From a virus (taxonomy: Duplodnaviria > Caudoviricetes), in IMG/VR virus record IMGVR_UViG_3300037067_004891, positions 357,674 through 421,673 of that record: a stretch of DNA of 64,000 nucleotides; one strand, written 5' to 3'. The notes beneath the pieces are model-generated. The model made no database searches. It was not told the DNA's origin and saw nothing but the letters and a program-made list of their open reading frames with translations. Each line of letters begins with the position of its first letter. Within the stretch, counting starts at the first letter, position 1. Of this stretch, positions 20,877-31,028 are shown piece by piece. The position numbers and the translations under genes are program-made.

Positions 20877-21792
20877 AGTATTTGTTACAGATTGGTATTT
20901 AATGGACATGCCATATTCAGATATAGATAATATATTTTTATGGATTCTAAAGAAAAAATTTAATGTTATAATAGATAGTGAGAACCCAGATGTATTATTT
21001 TATTCTAAGTCTGATATTGACAATTATTTAAATTATAAAAATTGTTTAAAAATATATGTTAATAGTGAACCTGGTTATTATAATGATATTTCAAAATATG
21101 ATATAAATCATATGGCATATAAAGCAATTAAAAATTGTGATTATATGATATCATCTTATAAATCTAATATGGAAAATAATTATTACTTACCAGTGTTTAT
21201 GTTATGGTTATATCATCATATATATGTAACAAAAATAATAGAATCATTTGAATCTTTAACTAAAAGTAGAAATCCTGTTGATAAAAAATATTTTTGCATT
21301 TTTTTACATAGAAATACTGTTCCTTATAAACGAAAAGAAATTTTTAATAAATTATGTTTATATAAAAAGATTCATACTAAACACGATTTAAATGTTCCAG
21401 ATAGTTCATTGAATAAGATAAATATCATTAAAGATTTTAAATTTTCATTTGCTATGCAAAATCATTTTTATAAAGAGAACCATTATGCTAAAAATGATAA
21501 TTATATAGAGTATGATATACCTGGACTTATAGATGAAAAAATATTAGAATCCTTAATATCTAATACTATTCCAATATATTACGGAAATGAAGAAATTACT
21601 AAATATTTTAATAAAAATAGTTTTTTAAATTATCATGATTTTAATGATGATGACCGATTTATTCAAGAAATTATAAATATAGATAAAAATGATAGTTTAT
21701 CTAAAGAAATTTTATCACAACCAGTTTTTAATAATTTAAACGATTTGAAAATTAATGAATTAGAAAACTTTTTATTTAAAATAATAGATTAA
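20863..21792 (+). CDS. GT10 (fucosyltransferase-like) glycosyltransferase
   Basis: NPDVLFYS, FKFSFAMQN...DEKI.ES....IPIYYG, FN..SFLN. Confidence 0.7.
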   Translation: MKTLRVFVTDWYLMDMPYSDIDNIFLWILKKKFNVIIDSENPDVLFYSKSDIDNYLNYKNCLKIYVNSEPGYYNDISKYDINHMAYKAIKNCDYMISSYKSNMENNYYLPVFMLWLYHHIYVTKIIESFESLTKSRNPVDKKYFCIFLHRNTVPYKRKEIFNKLCLYKKIHTKHDLNVPDSSLNKINIIKDFKFSFAMQNHFYKENHYAKNDNYIEYDIPGLIDEKILESLISNTIPIYYGNEEITKYFNKNSFLNYHDFNDDDRFIQEIINIDKNDSLSKEILSQPVFNNLNDLKINELENFLFKIID

Positions 21793-21816
21793 AAACTAAA
21801 AAATAAATATTTATAT

Positions 21817-22734
21817 ATGAAGATTTTAATTACAGGTGGAGCTGGTTATAAAGGCTCTATTTTAGCTAAAGAACTTTTAGATAGAAATCATCAAGTTACA
21901 ATACTTGATAATTTTATGTATGGTTATGATAGTATATTACATATTATTAATAATTCGAATCTTAAAATTAAAAAAATTGATATTAGAAATGTTAAAGAAA
22001 CCGATTTAAAAGAATATGATGTTATATATCATTTAGCTGGTATTAGTGGTATGCCAGCATGTGCAGCTAACCCACATTCCGCAGAAGCTATTAATGTCGA
22101 ATCGGTTGATAAGATGATTAAGATATTATCAAAAGACCAAATATTAATTAATGCTTCAACCACATCTATGTATGGATATAGTGAAATTATTTGTGATGAA
22201 AAATCTCAAATTAACCCAGTAAGTATTTATGGTAAAACTAAATATGAAGCTGAAAAAATAATTCAAAATAGAGAAAATAGTATTTCATTAAGGTTTGCTA
22301 CTGTTTTTGGGGTATCGACTAAAATGAGAAATGATTTAATGGTTAATGATTTTGTTTACCGTTCAATTCATGAAAGAAATATTATTCTGTTTGCTGCTCA
22401 CACCAAAAGAACATTTATTCATATAAATGATGCAATAAATGCATATATATTCACTTTAGATAATTTTGAAGCGATGAAGGATGATGTATATAATGTTGGA
22501 GATGAAAAAATGAATCTATCCAAATTAGATATATGTGAAAATATAAAAGATTTTGTAAAATTTGAAACTATTAATTCAACTTTACCAGACTTAGATAATA
22601 GAAATTTTGAAATTTCATTTCAGAAAATAAAAAAACTTGGATACAATGTTAACTATTCTCTGAGAGATGGTGTTGAAGATTTAGTTAAGTTGTATACAGT
22701 TTATGTTTATAATTTACCATATAATATAATTTAA
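21817..22734 (+). CDS. NAD-dependent epimerase/dehydratase
   Basis: ILITGGAGYKG, HLAGISG, YGKTK, LRFATVFG. Confidence 0.85.
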   Translation: MKILITGGAGYKGSILAKELLDRNHQVTILDNFMYGYDSILHIINNSNLKIKKIDIRNVKETDLKEYDVIYHLAGISGMPACAANPHSAEAINVESVDKMIKILSKDQILINASTTSMYGYSEIICDEKSQINPVSIYGKTKYEAEKIIQNRENSISLRFATVFGVSTKMRNDLMVNDFVYRSIHERNIILFAAHTKRTFIHINDAINAYIFTLDNFEAMKDDVYNVGDEKMNLSKLDICENIKDFVKFETINSTLPDLDNRNFEISFQKIKKLGYNVNYSLRDGVEDLVKLYTVYVYNLPYNII

Positions 22735-22745
22735 AAAATAAGAAA

Positions 22746-23384
22746 ATGAATTTAAAAGACAATAAAGTTTTTGTACAGATTGGGACAAATAATGGCGATG
22801 ATGATTTTAATAAATTGGTGAAATTACATAGTCCGAGTAAAATTATATTAGTTGAACCCAATATTAGTTTAAATGAAAAAATACACAATTCATATGAAAA
22901 TGTTGAAAATGTTTTTTTAGAAAACGTTATAATTTCTAATTATAAAGATGAAAAAATCAAATTAGTAAAACCTAAAAATAATATAAATGGTAAATCCATC
23001 AATGGTATAAAATATGATGATGGTCATTATAGTTTATTACCATTAAACGATTGGGGAAATGTTTTTGATTATATTGAAACTGATACATTATCATTTATGT
23101 CTTTATGTGAAAAATACAATTTAACAGACATACATTTTTTACAAATTGACACTGAAGGATATGACTCTGAAATAATATTGTCCATTAATTTTAATAAAGT
23201 GAATATTGATATTATAAAATATGAAAAATGGTATTTTGATGAATCTTTTTATGAAAAGTATGGTGCGTTGTCAAAAAAGTATGGTGCTAATGGAATGAAT
23301 GAAGCAAAAAAATATTTAATTTCAAATGATTATACTTTTATAGATAATGAAAAAGATTTAGATCATGTTGTTATTAAAAAATAA
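22746..23384 (+). CDS. FkbM-family methyltransferase
   Basis: VQIGTNNG, LVEPN, LQIDTEGYD. Confidence 0.75.
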   Translation: MNLKDNKVFVQIGTNNGDDDFNKLVKLHSPSKIILVEPNISLNEKIHNSYENVENVFLENVIISNYKDEKIKLVKPKNNINGKSINGIKYDDGHYSLLPLNDWGNVFDYIETDTLSFMSLCEKYNLTDIHFLQIDTEGYDSEIILSINFNKVNIDIIKYEKWYFDESFYEKYGALSKKYGANGMNEAKKYLISNDYTFIDNEKDLDHVVIKK

Positions 23385-23427
23385 AAACTTTTTATCTGAA
23401 ATTATCTACATATTAAAAAAGCTCCGA

Positions 23428-25824
23428 ATGAAAATTTTAACTCTGTTAGGAACACGACCTGAAATTATAAGGCTTTCTGTTATTATTAAAAAACTAAATA
23501 ACATTCTTGGAAAAAATCATGTGGTAGTTTATTCAAACCAAAACTTTGATTATAAATTAAGTAAAGTTTTTTTTGGAGAACTTGGTTTACTTACTCCAAG
23601 TTATTATTTCGGTGATTTAGAAGCCAAATCAGTTGGTGAGTTCTTATCTAAAGGTATTGAAAAATTTGAAAATGTTTTAAATCAAGAAAAACCTGATAAG
23701 ATATTAATTCTCGGTGATACTAACACGGGTCTACTTGCAATGTTAGCTTCTAAACGTGGGATACCAGTGTATCATATGGAAGCAGGTAATCGTTCTTTTG
23801 ATAATAGAGTGCCAGAAGAAACAAACCGAAAAATAATAGATTCTTTCTCCAAAGTAAATTTACCATATACAGAAAATAGTAAACAAAATCTTTTAGCTGA
23901 AGGATATCACAAAAATTTTGTGTTTAAAATTGGTAATCCAATTTATGAAGTATTAAATGAATACGAAGAAGGAATACGAAATAGTATGGTCATTGAAAAA
24001 TTAAAATTAAAATATTATGAATATGTTCTTGTAACTGCCCACAGAAGTGAAAACGTAGATGATGATGGTAACCTCATTGAACTATATAACTTTTTAAATG
24101 AAATAGCTAAGGATAGAAAGGTTGTGTTTTCTGTTCATCCAAGAACTAAATCTAAATTGGATAAATTGAATTTAGAATTTAATGATAATATAATATTGTC
24201 AGAACCATTTGGATTTTTTGATTTTGTTAAATTAGAAAAAAATTGTCATGTAGGGATTACTGATTGTTTAAGACCAGATACATTAACTGTATTAGAAAAT
24301 GGATTAATTAAATCATTTAATGAATTAAAGACTAATGATTCAATAATAAGTTTGAACAATTGTAACGATATTAAAATAATTGCTACAAAAAATGTCAATA
24401 AAAAATATAAAATTACCACTAAATATAATGAAATATATTGCAGCGAAAATCATAAATTATTTATACAAAATGGTGATGATATTAAAGAAATAAAAATAAA
24501 AAATTTGAAAAAATCGGATAGGTTAGTATCATTTTGTAAAATAAACATTAATAATAAAAATAATATTACTTTAAAAGAAATAGAACAACCAGATTACGTT
24601 AAAATAACAGATGAAGGAATTTCTTTTTTAAAAATATATTCAGATGGTAATCCATTAAAAGAGTTTGGTAGATTTAAAACAAATACAATTAGATTAAAGA
24701 AGGGGGTTGATTTTAAAAAATTAAAAGAAGTTTTAGATTATTTAAGTATTGAAATAGATGCTTTTAAAAAATTTATTTACAAAAGTAATCCATCACATAA
24801 AAGACAACACAATATAATTCAATCTAAAATATTAACTAATGAATTAGCAACCATATGTGGGTTTTTATGTGGTGACGGATTAAATAGGAAAAATAAAAAC
24901 ATTTCATTTTTCGATGAAAATGAAGAAAATCTAATTTTAATCAATGATATAATTAAAAAATTGTTTGGTTTAAGTAGTGAAATAAAATGTGATAAAAGAA
25001 GTGTATCTGGAAAATATATAAGATATAGTTCAAAATCTTTATCTAATTATTTTTCTTTAAATTTTCCAGCAGAATCTGAAAATACTACAACTAATAAAAA
25101 AGACATATCAGACATAATATTAATGTCATCTAATGAAATAGTGAAACATTATATTAGGGGTTTATTTGAAGCCGAGGGTTTCGTGGGAGACCACCATATT
25201 GCTATAACAATGTCTGATAAACCAGTTATATATAAGTTAAAATATCTATTATTACGATTTGGTATAATATCTAATATATATGAGTTTGAACCAAGGAGAG
25301 ATAGGGATAAATCTATTATGTATCAGTTAGCTATTTATGAAAATGAAAGTAGAAAAATATTTAGAGATGAAATAGGTTTTATATCTTCCTATAAAACCAA
25401 TAATTTGAATAATTTATTTGAAAAAATAGATAGACAAAGTAGACAAAAACCAGTTATAAGATATGATAATATATTTTTTGACTTGATTAGAAATATAGAA
25501 ATTATAGAAGATGAATATGAATATATTGACATAAATGTTGAACCAAATAATATTTTTTTAGCAAATGGTCTATTATCCCATAATTCGGGTACTGTACAAG
25601 AGGAATTACAAATATTTAAAGTACCATCTATCACCATAAGAAACACCACCGAGAGACAAGAAACTATTGAAAATGGTTCTACTATACTAACTGGTATGAA
25701 TTATAAAAAAATGATAGATGCTTTCAATACGATTAAATACATGACTAATAACTGGGATGATATTTCAGATTATACAGTAGAAAATGTGTCTGATAGGGTA
25801 ATAAAAATATTACTTAGTAGATAA
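23428..25824 (+). CDS. UDP-N-acetylhexosamine 2-epimerase (WecB/FnlC-like), intein-containing
   Basis: GTRPEIIRLS, LGDTNT, HMEAGNRS, PEETNR, TAHRSENVD. The ITD|SGTVQEE motif is split by an intein. Start moved to MKILTLLG. Confidence 0.9.
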   Translation: MKILTLLGTRPEIIRLSVIIKKLNNILGKNHVVVYSNQNFDYKLSKVFFGELGLLTPSYYFGDLEAKSVGEFLSKGIEKFENVLNQEKPDKILILGDTNTGLLAMLASKRGIPVYHMEAGNRSFDNRVPEETNRKIIDSFSKVNLPYTENSKQNLLAEGYHKNFVFKIGNPIYEVLNEYEEGIRNSMVIEKLKLKYYEYVLVTAHRSENVDDDGNLIELYNFLNEIAKDRKVVFSVHPRTKSKLDKLNLEFNDNIILSEPFGFFDFVKLEKNCHVGITDCLRPDTLTVLENGLIKSFNELKTNDSIISLNNCNDIKIIATKNVNKKYKITTKYNEIYCSENHKLFIQNGDDIKEIKIKNLKKSDRLVSFCKININNKNNITLKEIEQPDYVKITDEGISFLKIYSDGNPLKEFGRFKTNTIRLKKGVDFKKLKEVLDYLSIEIDAFKKFIYKSNPSHKRQHNIIQSKILTNELATICGFLCGDGLNRKNKNISFFDENEENLILINDIIKKLFGLSSEIKCDKRSVSGKYIRYSSKSLSNYFSLNFPAESENTTTNKKDISDIILMSSNEIVKHYIRGLFEAEGFVGDHHIAITMSDKPVIYKLKYLLLRFGIISNIYEFEPRRDRDKSIMYQLAIYENESRKIFRDEIGFISSYKTNNLNNLFEKIDRQSRQKPVIRYDNIFFDLIRNIEIIEDEYEYIDINVEPNNIFLANGLLSHNSGTVQEELQIFKVPSITIRNTTERQETIENGSTILTGMNYKKMIDAFNTIKYMTNNWDDISDYTVENVSDRVIKILLSR
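24265..25584 (+). mobile_element. Intein (440 aa) with LAGLIDADG homing endonuclease
   Basis: Starts CLRPDT, has block B (CSENHKL) and ends FLANGLLSHN|S. LAGLIDADG-like motifs ICGFLCGDG and YIRGLFEAEG. Confidence 0.92.
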
Positions 25825-26282
25825 ATATGGATTGTGTTTATATATCTGATGTTTCTTCCGAAGTATATGTATATTGAGAACTTTTAAATTAGATTATTTG
25901 AAAAAATAAGACCGTTTGAAGTCAAAATGAGATATATTTTTGGATATTAAAAAAGATTAACAGACCTAAGATTGGAGATATTGTTTTTCATAAAGGTAAG
26001 ATGAATATATTAATACAAGGTGTGAAATCTCCATATTGGGATATTTATTTTTCAGATGGACATGAAATACATGATTATACAATAGTTGAACATATACATG
26101 AAAATACTATGAAAATAATATGAAAATCGAAGAAAGTGTATTTAACGAATTGACAGAAGATCAACAATGGTATATAACTATATTTTGTAGAGTATTGGAT
26201 GAATTTGTTAATGAACAGATTATTACCCCGACCCAAAGTAACCAGATGAAGGATTATATATTGAAAAAAATGTTAAAAAAGC

Positions 26283-26744
26283 ATGAAGTACAATAATTCT
26301 AAAAATTTAAAAGTTATAGAAGTATTTAAAATATTACAACATTTAACACTTAAAAATGCAATGTTGATAAAATCCAACATTGATATTATGAACAGTTGTA
26401 ATGATAAAGATAACTTTAAAGACTATAAAAATCTCATAAAAGAAAATAATGAAATAACAAGAATCAATATTGGATATATTGATTTACATAATAAACTATT
26501 TTCTTTCATAAAATCATTAGAAAATATACAAATTACTGATATTGATATTATTAATTTGTTGACTGAAAATGATGATTTAGATTTTGATAAAAAAGAATAT
26601 TTTAATTTAACGATAACAGATGCAATTTCATTTGATGAAGAACATCCTTTTTTTAATGATGATTCATTCAGGCAAGAATTAATTGATTATTTCACAAAAC
26701 ATGAAAAATATGAAAAATGTATTAAATTAAAAAATAAAAAATAA
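26283..26744 (+). CDS. Hypothetical protein with a UVR-like C-terminal motif
   Basis: Ends LIDYFTKHEKYEKCIKLK. Confidence 0.45.
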   Translation: MKYNNSKNLKVIEVFKILQHLTLKNAMLIKSNIDIMNSCNDKDNFKDYKNLIKENNEITRINIGYIDLHNKLFSFIKSLENIQITDIDIINLLTENDDLDFDKKEYFNLTITDAISFDEEHPFFNDDSFRQELIDYFTKHEKYEKCIKLKNKK

Positions 26745-26745
26745 T

Positions 26746-26973
26746 ATGGATTTTAAGATGATAAATGATAAATTAGAAATAAATGAAGATGAGCTTCCAG
26801 ATATTGAAATATATAAAAAGCTTTTTGATATCGGTGTGGATTGTATTGAATGTGGTGATAAACTTTCATATGAAGAAATAGTAATTCACAGATTGGTAGG
26901 CATAACAAAACCAGAAGATATGAGTTGTCAAGGTTGTTGGATGTCACAAGCTTATAATATCGACTTATATTAA
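26746..26973 (+). CDS. Small Cys-rich hypothetical protein
   Basis: CIEC...CQGC, a possible zinc-binding pair. Confidence 0.45.
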   Translation: MDFKMINDKLEINEDELPDIEIYKKLFDIGVDCIECGDKLSYEEIVIHRLVGITKPEDMSCQGCWMSQAYNIDLY

Positions 26974-27240
26974 ATGACCAATTTACAAATATTTCAAAAA
27001 GTTAAAACTCCTGATGGAATTGGAACTATAATAAATATCAATTGTCCATTCAATGGATTATATTACGAAGAATATAGAACAACATGTGTTGTTTGGTATG
27101 GCATGGACAATGTTCAGAATGGGTTGGTTGCATATGAATATAATTATAAAATAATTTTAGAATTGAATAATTCCAGAAAAGAAAAAATTGAAGAAATATT
27201 TGATGATGAAATCAAGAAAGACTCTGATATTATTCAGTAA
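26974..27240 (+). CDS. Hypothetical protein
   Basis: ORF in an operon-like run; C-terminal RKEKIEEIF motif. Confidence 0.5.
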   Translation: MTNLQIFQKVKTPDGIGTIININCPFNGLYYEEYRTTCVVWYGMDNVQNGLVAYEYNYKIILELNNSRKEKIEEIFDDEIKKDSDIIQ

Positions 27241-27412
27241 ATTAAAACGAAGGAAAGAAAGTCGTAAATGTCTCAATAATAATTTAAAAGAGATAAATGA
27301 TGCAATGAATTTATTGAATATTAGTATGCAGAATGTATTATCTTCTCTCGACAAGAGCCATTCAAGAAAAATGAAACTGGAAGAAATTTTTGGTGAAAAA
27401 ATAAAAAAATAA
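27188..27412 (+). CDS. Hypothetical protein
   Basis: C-terminal RKMKLEEIFGE motif; start uncertain. Confidence 0.45.
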   Translation: MKKYLMMKSRKTLILFSKLKRRKESRKCLNNNLKEINDAMNLLNISMQNVLSSLDKSHSRKMKLEEIFGEKIKK

Positions 27413-27414
27413 AA

Positions 27415-27894
27415 ATGTCAAAATTATTTAATAATAATTTACCAGATTCTTTTGTTACGAAATCTGAATTACAATCAATAATACAAAAATTGGAACACCC
27501 AAATAAACAAAAACAACGAAAACAAAAGCTCGAAGAAATATTCGGAGAAGAAAATAATAATATAAGTATGTTAGATTATTTAAAATCAGAAATAATAAGA
27601 GTTTCTGAAAAACATTTTAAACGAACTGACCCATCTGGAATGCTTAATCATCTGAAGTTGGAAGTTCAAGAATTGTCTGATGCCATTGGAAAAGAAAATG
27701 AAGAAGAAGAATGGGCTGATTGTATATTATTGTTATTAGATGCATTCAGGGTTCGTTATGGTGATGAAGTATCTTATAACAAACTTCTACATTTTGCTTT
27801 GAATAAATTAGATAAAGTTGATAAAAGAGATTGGGATTCGCAACCAGATGAAAACGGTGTTTTCCATAGAAAAATAAAATATGAAAATGGATGA
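27415..27894 (+). CDS. MazG-like/DUF550 nucleotide pyrophosphohydrolase
   Basis: LNHLKLEVQEL...EEWADC.LLLLDA...K...RDW..PD. Confidence 0.6.
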   Translation: MSKLFNNNLPDSFVTKSELQSIIQKLEHPNKQKQRKQKLEEIFGEENNNISMLDYLKSEIIRVSEKHFKRTDPSGMLNHLKLEVQELSDAIGKENEEEEWADCILLLLDAFRVRYGDEVSYNKLLHFALNKLDKVDKRDWDSQPDENGVFHRKIKYENG

Positions 27895-28102
27895 TAATTT
27901 AAGCATAACTGTTGATTGGGGTGACGGTAATGTAGAACCTGTTTATAATAGCAGTATACATATGAATTATACTATTGAATATGTGGAAGATTTAAGGAAT
28001 AAGATTACACAATTGGAAGATAGGATTGTATTTTTAGAAGCACAAAATAATAAACTTTCTGAAATCAGAAAACGAAAAATAGAAGAAATTTTCTTAGATT
28101 AA
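27881..28102 (+). CDS. Hypothetical protein
   Basis: VDWGDG motif, coiled coil and RKRKIEEIF C-terminus. Confidence 0.45.
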   Translation: MKMDDNLSITVDWGDGNVEPVYNSSIHMNYTIEYVEDLRNKITQLEDRIVFLEAQNNKLSEIRKRKIEEIFLD

Positions 28103-28105
28103 TAA

Positions 28106-28357
28106 ATGATAACACACGGAAATGAAATTGATTTTGTTATGAAGGATTTCAATTTTTTTAGAAGTGATATAGAAACACTCGAAAGACATTTGGAACTTTT
28201 CAAATCTCTTATAAATTTGGGTATTAGAGTCTCTATAATTGATGTTGAATTTATTATGAAAGATCAAGAAATTATATATTTTATTAAAAATGAAATCATT
28301 AGAATCGAACGAATTGAAAAAATAAAAAGTCTTGATATTTTTAAACAGAACCAATAA
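28106..28357 (+). CDS. Hypothetical protein
   Basis: ORF in the same run; RIEKIKSL C-terminus. Confidence 0.45.
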   Translation: MITHGNEIDFVMKDFNFFRSDIETLERHLELFKSLINLGIRVSIIDVEFIMKDQEIIYFIKNEIIRIERIEKIKSLDIFKQNQ

Positions 28358-28535
28358 AAAATACTATATAATTTATGAATGATTTATTATATGTTGATGA
28401 AAAAGGAAAAAGTTGTGATTTTTGTGTGAACAAAGAGAAATGTGCAGTTTTGAATTGGATGGATAAATGTATTATAAGAATTTGTCGGGATTGTTTAGAA
28501 AGATTCTCTAAAGAGATTAAAAAATAATATATGAA

Positions 28536-29237
28536 ATGATAAATTCTTATTCCGAATATTTGAATTTAATTAAGGAAGGGCTGATAAAAACTTATAATAT
28601 AGAAAAGTATAGTGGTACATTAGATGTTGAGTTTAATGCTATTGGTGTAAAATTTGAATTAGATATAAAAAATAAATTTAAATTTGATTTAAGAATTTTA
28701 AACTCAAAACAATTAAATCAAAATCAATTAGATTCAATTATAATTATTTGTAATAATTTGGGATATTTTCCATCATATGTTAGATTATTAAACAAATTCA
28801 ATAAATCAAATTCTTTTAAGTATGAAAAAAAATATTTATCAAATACATATAAAGAAATTGAAATAACATTTGAAGCTAAATATGAAGATGGTTTATATAA
28901 AAACGATTTAAAAATACCAGAAGTAGCATATCATCTGTCTAAACAAAAATATAAAGAAAAAATATTATCAATTGGTTTATATCCAAAATCATATAATAGA
29001 AAGACAAAACAACCTGAAAGAATTTATTTGTTTTATAATTTGGTTGATTATGATAATTTATTGATATTATTAAAAGCAAATGATAATTATAATTTAAGTG
29101 AAGATAATTATGTTTTATTAGAAGTAAAATTAAATGATAAAATGATTATACATACCGACCCTAATTATGATAAGGGGTTTTTTACTTATGATAATATAAG
29201 TCCAAAAGATATAAAAGTTCTCAAAGAGAATTTATAA
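28536..29237 (+). CDS. Putative ADP-ribosyltransferase-fold (KptA/Tpt1-like) protein
   Basis: YHLS...ILSIGLYPK...RIYLF...LLEV...DP....F.YDNISPKDI. Paralog of 30283..31023. Confidence 0.45.
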   Translation: MINSYSEYLNLIKEGLIKTYNIEKYSGTLDVEFNAIGVKFELDIKNKFKFDLRILNSKQLNQNQLDSIIIICNNLGYFPSYVRLLNKFNKSNSFKYEKKYLSNTYKEIEITFEAKYEDGLYKNDLKIPEVAYHLSKQKYKEKILSIGLYPKSYNRKTKQPERIYLFYNLVDYDNLLILLKANDNYNLSEDNYVLLEVKLNDKMIIHTDPNYDKGFFTYDNISPKDIKVLKENL

Positions 29238-29255
29238 AAAAGAATGTAATATGGA

Positions 29256-30269
29256 ATGGTCGAAGAATTATTTACAGGGAAAAAAGTTTTTATAAGCGGT
29301 GGAAGTGGAAGCTGGGGTAATGAATTAACAAAACAAATATTAGAACAAGACCCAAAGGAAATTATAATTTATTCCAGAGGTGAACTCGCCCAAGTGAATA
29401 TGGAACGTAAGTTTCAAGATAAAAGAATAAAATTTGTTATAGGTGATGTCAGGGATTATGAAACATTGAGACGTTCAATGAAAGATGTTGATTGTGCGTT
29501 TATGTTGTCTGCATTAAAGCACGTGCCAGTTTGTGAGAATCAACCACAAGAAGCTATAAAAACAAACATAGATGGTACTACTAATTTGATACATGCTGCT
29601 ATTGAAAATGCTGTTAAACAAGTTATAGATGTTAGTACCGATAAAGCTTGCCTCCCAATTAATCTATATGGTATGACCAAAGCAATTGGTGAAAAACTTA
29701 TTATACAAGCAAATAATTTAAATAGTGATACCAAATTTTCTTGTGTAAGAGGTGGTAATGTTCTGGGTTCTAATGGTAGCGTTGTTCCTTATTTTATTGA
29801 TCAAATCAAAAAATATAACAAAGTGACTATTACTGATAGTAGGATGACCAGATATTTTCTTACATTATCTGAGGCTATACATCTTTTATTTAAAGCAACT
29901 GCACATTCAGTGGGTAGTGAGACATTTGTTATGAACATGCCATCTTTTTATATTTCAGATTTAGCAAAGGTGTTAATTGAACATTATGGTGATAATAATA
30001 CTAAAATAGAAGAAATTGGTATCAGAGAAGGTGAAAAATTACATGAGATGTTAGTATCAGAACACGAATCTCCGAATACATATAAATTTGATGATGATTA
30101 TTATTCTATTTTACCTTCAATTAAAATAGAACATATGGAAAGTATATTAAATTATTATAAATATAAAAATATTGAAAAAGTTGATTTTAAAGAATTCACA
30201 TCCCAAGATAATTTAAAGGATAGAGATGTTTTGAAAGAATTTTTAAAAAAAGGTGGATTCTTATTATAA
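29256..30269 (+). CDS. UDP-GlcNAc 4,6-dehydratase/epimerase (FnlA/PseB/CapD-like)
   Basis: ISGGSGSWG, YSRGE, GDVRD, ALKHVP.CE, STDKA, YGMTK, RGGNVLGSNGSV, TD.RMTR, GIREGEKLHE. Confidence 0.9.
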   Translation: MVEELFTGKKVFISGGSGSWGNELTKQILEQDPKEIIIYSRGELAQVNMERKFQDKRIKFVIGDVRDYETLRRSMKDVDCAFMLSALKHVPVCENQPQEAIKTNIDGTTNLIHAAIENAVKQVIDVSTDKACLPINLYGMTKAIGEKLIIQANNLNSDTKFSCVRGGNVLGSNGSVVPYFIDQIKKYNKVTITDSRMTRYFLTLSEAIHLLFKATAHSVGSETFVMNMPSFYISDLAKVLIEHYGDNNTKIEEIGIREGEKLHEMLVSEHESPNTYKFDDDYYSILPSIKIEHMESILNYYKYKNIEKVDFKEFTSQDNLKDRDVLKEFLKKGGFLL

Positions 30270-30282
30270 AATAATATAAGCA

Positions 30283-31023
30283 ATGATTAATTATAATGAT
30301 TTTTCAAATTTGTTAAAAGAAGGATTAATAAAAACTCATAATATCAGAACAAATTATGACAAGTTAGAACACCAATTAAATTTTAATGGTATTGATGCTT
30401 ATGTTCATGTTCTAACTGATTATACATATGACGTTGAAATTAGAAATCCTGATTGGTTGAAAGATTTAAAAACATGTGAATATTTTATAAATATTAACGG
30501 TAATTATGGATATTTTCCAAATAGATACCGTTGTTATAAAAATGGAAAAGAAAATAGATTTAAGTTTGAAAAAAATGAGAATACTTCAGATTTAAATTTA
30601 GATATTTTCTTATCGAATATAAAAAATTGTTCTAAAATAATTGTCATTTTTGAAGCAAAATTTGAATCTGGGTTATATAAAAAAAATAAAAATGTTCCAG
30701 ATATTTTATTTCATCTATCACCGTCTAAGAATAAAGAAAAGATTTTAAAAAACGGCTTAGTACCTAAATCAAATAATAAAATATCTTATCATAAAGATAG
30801 AATATATCTTTTTCAAAATATAAATGATTATGAAAAATTATTAATATCATTTAAAAATGTTGATAATTATAATTTAATTGATGAAGTGAAATATGATTTA
30901 TATGAAGTAAAATTAGATAAAGAAAGAATCATACTACATAATGACCCTTATTTTGAAGATGGATTTTATACATATGATAATATATCACCAAAAGATTTGA
31001 TGATAATAAAAAATGATTTATAA
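30283..31023 (+). CDS. Putative ADP-ribosyltransferase-fold protein, paralog of 28536..29237
   Basis: FHLSP...ILKNGLVPK...RIYLF...LYEV...DP....FYTYDNISPKDL. Confidence 0.45.
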   Translation: MINYNDFSNLLKEGLIKTHNIRTNYDKLEHQLNFNGIDAYVHVLTDYTYDVEIRNPDWLKDLKTCEYFININGNYGYFPNRYRCYKNGKENRFKFEKNENTSDLNLDIFLSNIKNCSKIIVIFEAKFESGLYKKNKNVPDILFHLSPSKNKEKILKNGLVPKSNNKISYHKDRIYLFQNINDYEKLLISFKNVDNYNLIDEVKYDLYEVKLDKERIILHNDPYFEDGFYTYDNISPKDLMIIKNDL

Positions 31024-31028
31024 ATAAA

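Noticed and set aside
25827-26282. Possible small genes after the epimerase
   Set aside because: Only short, stop-interrupted frames; no supportable call.
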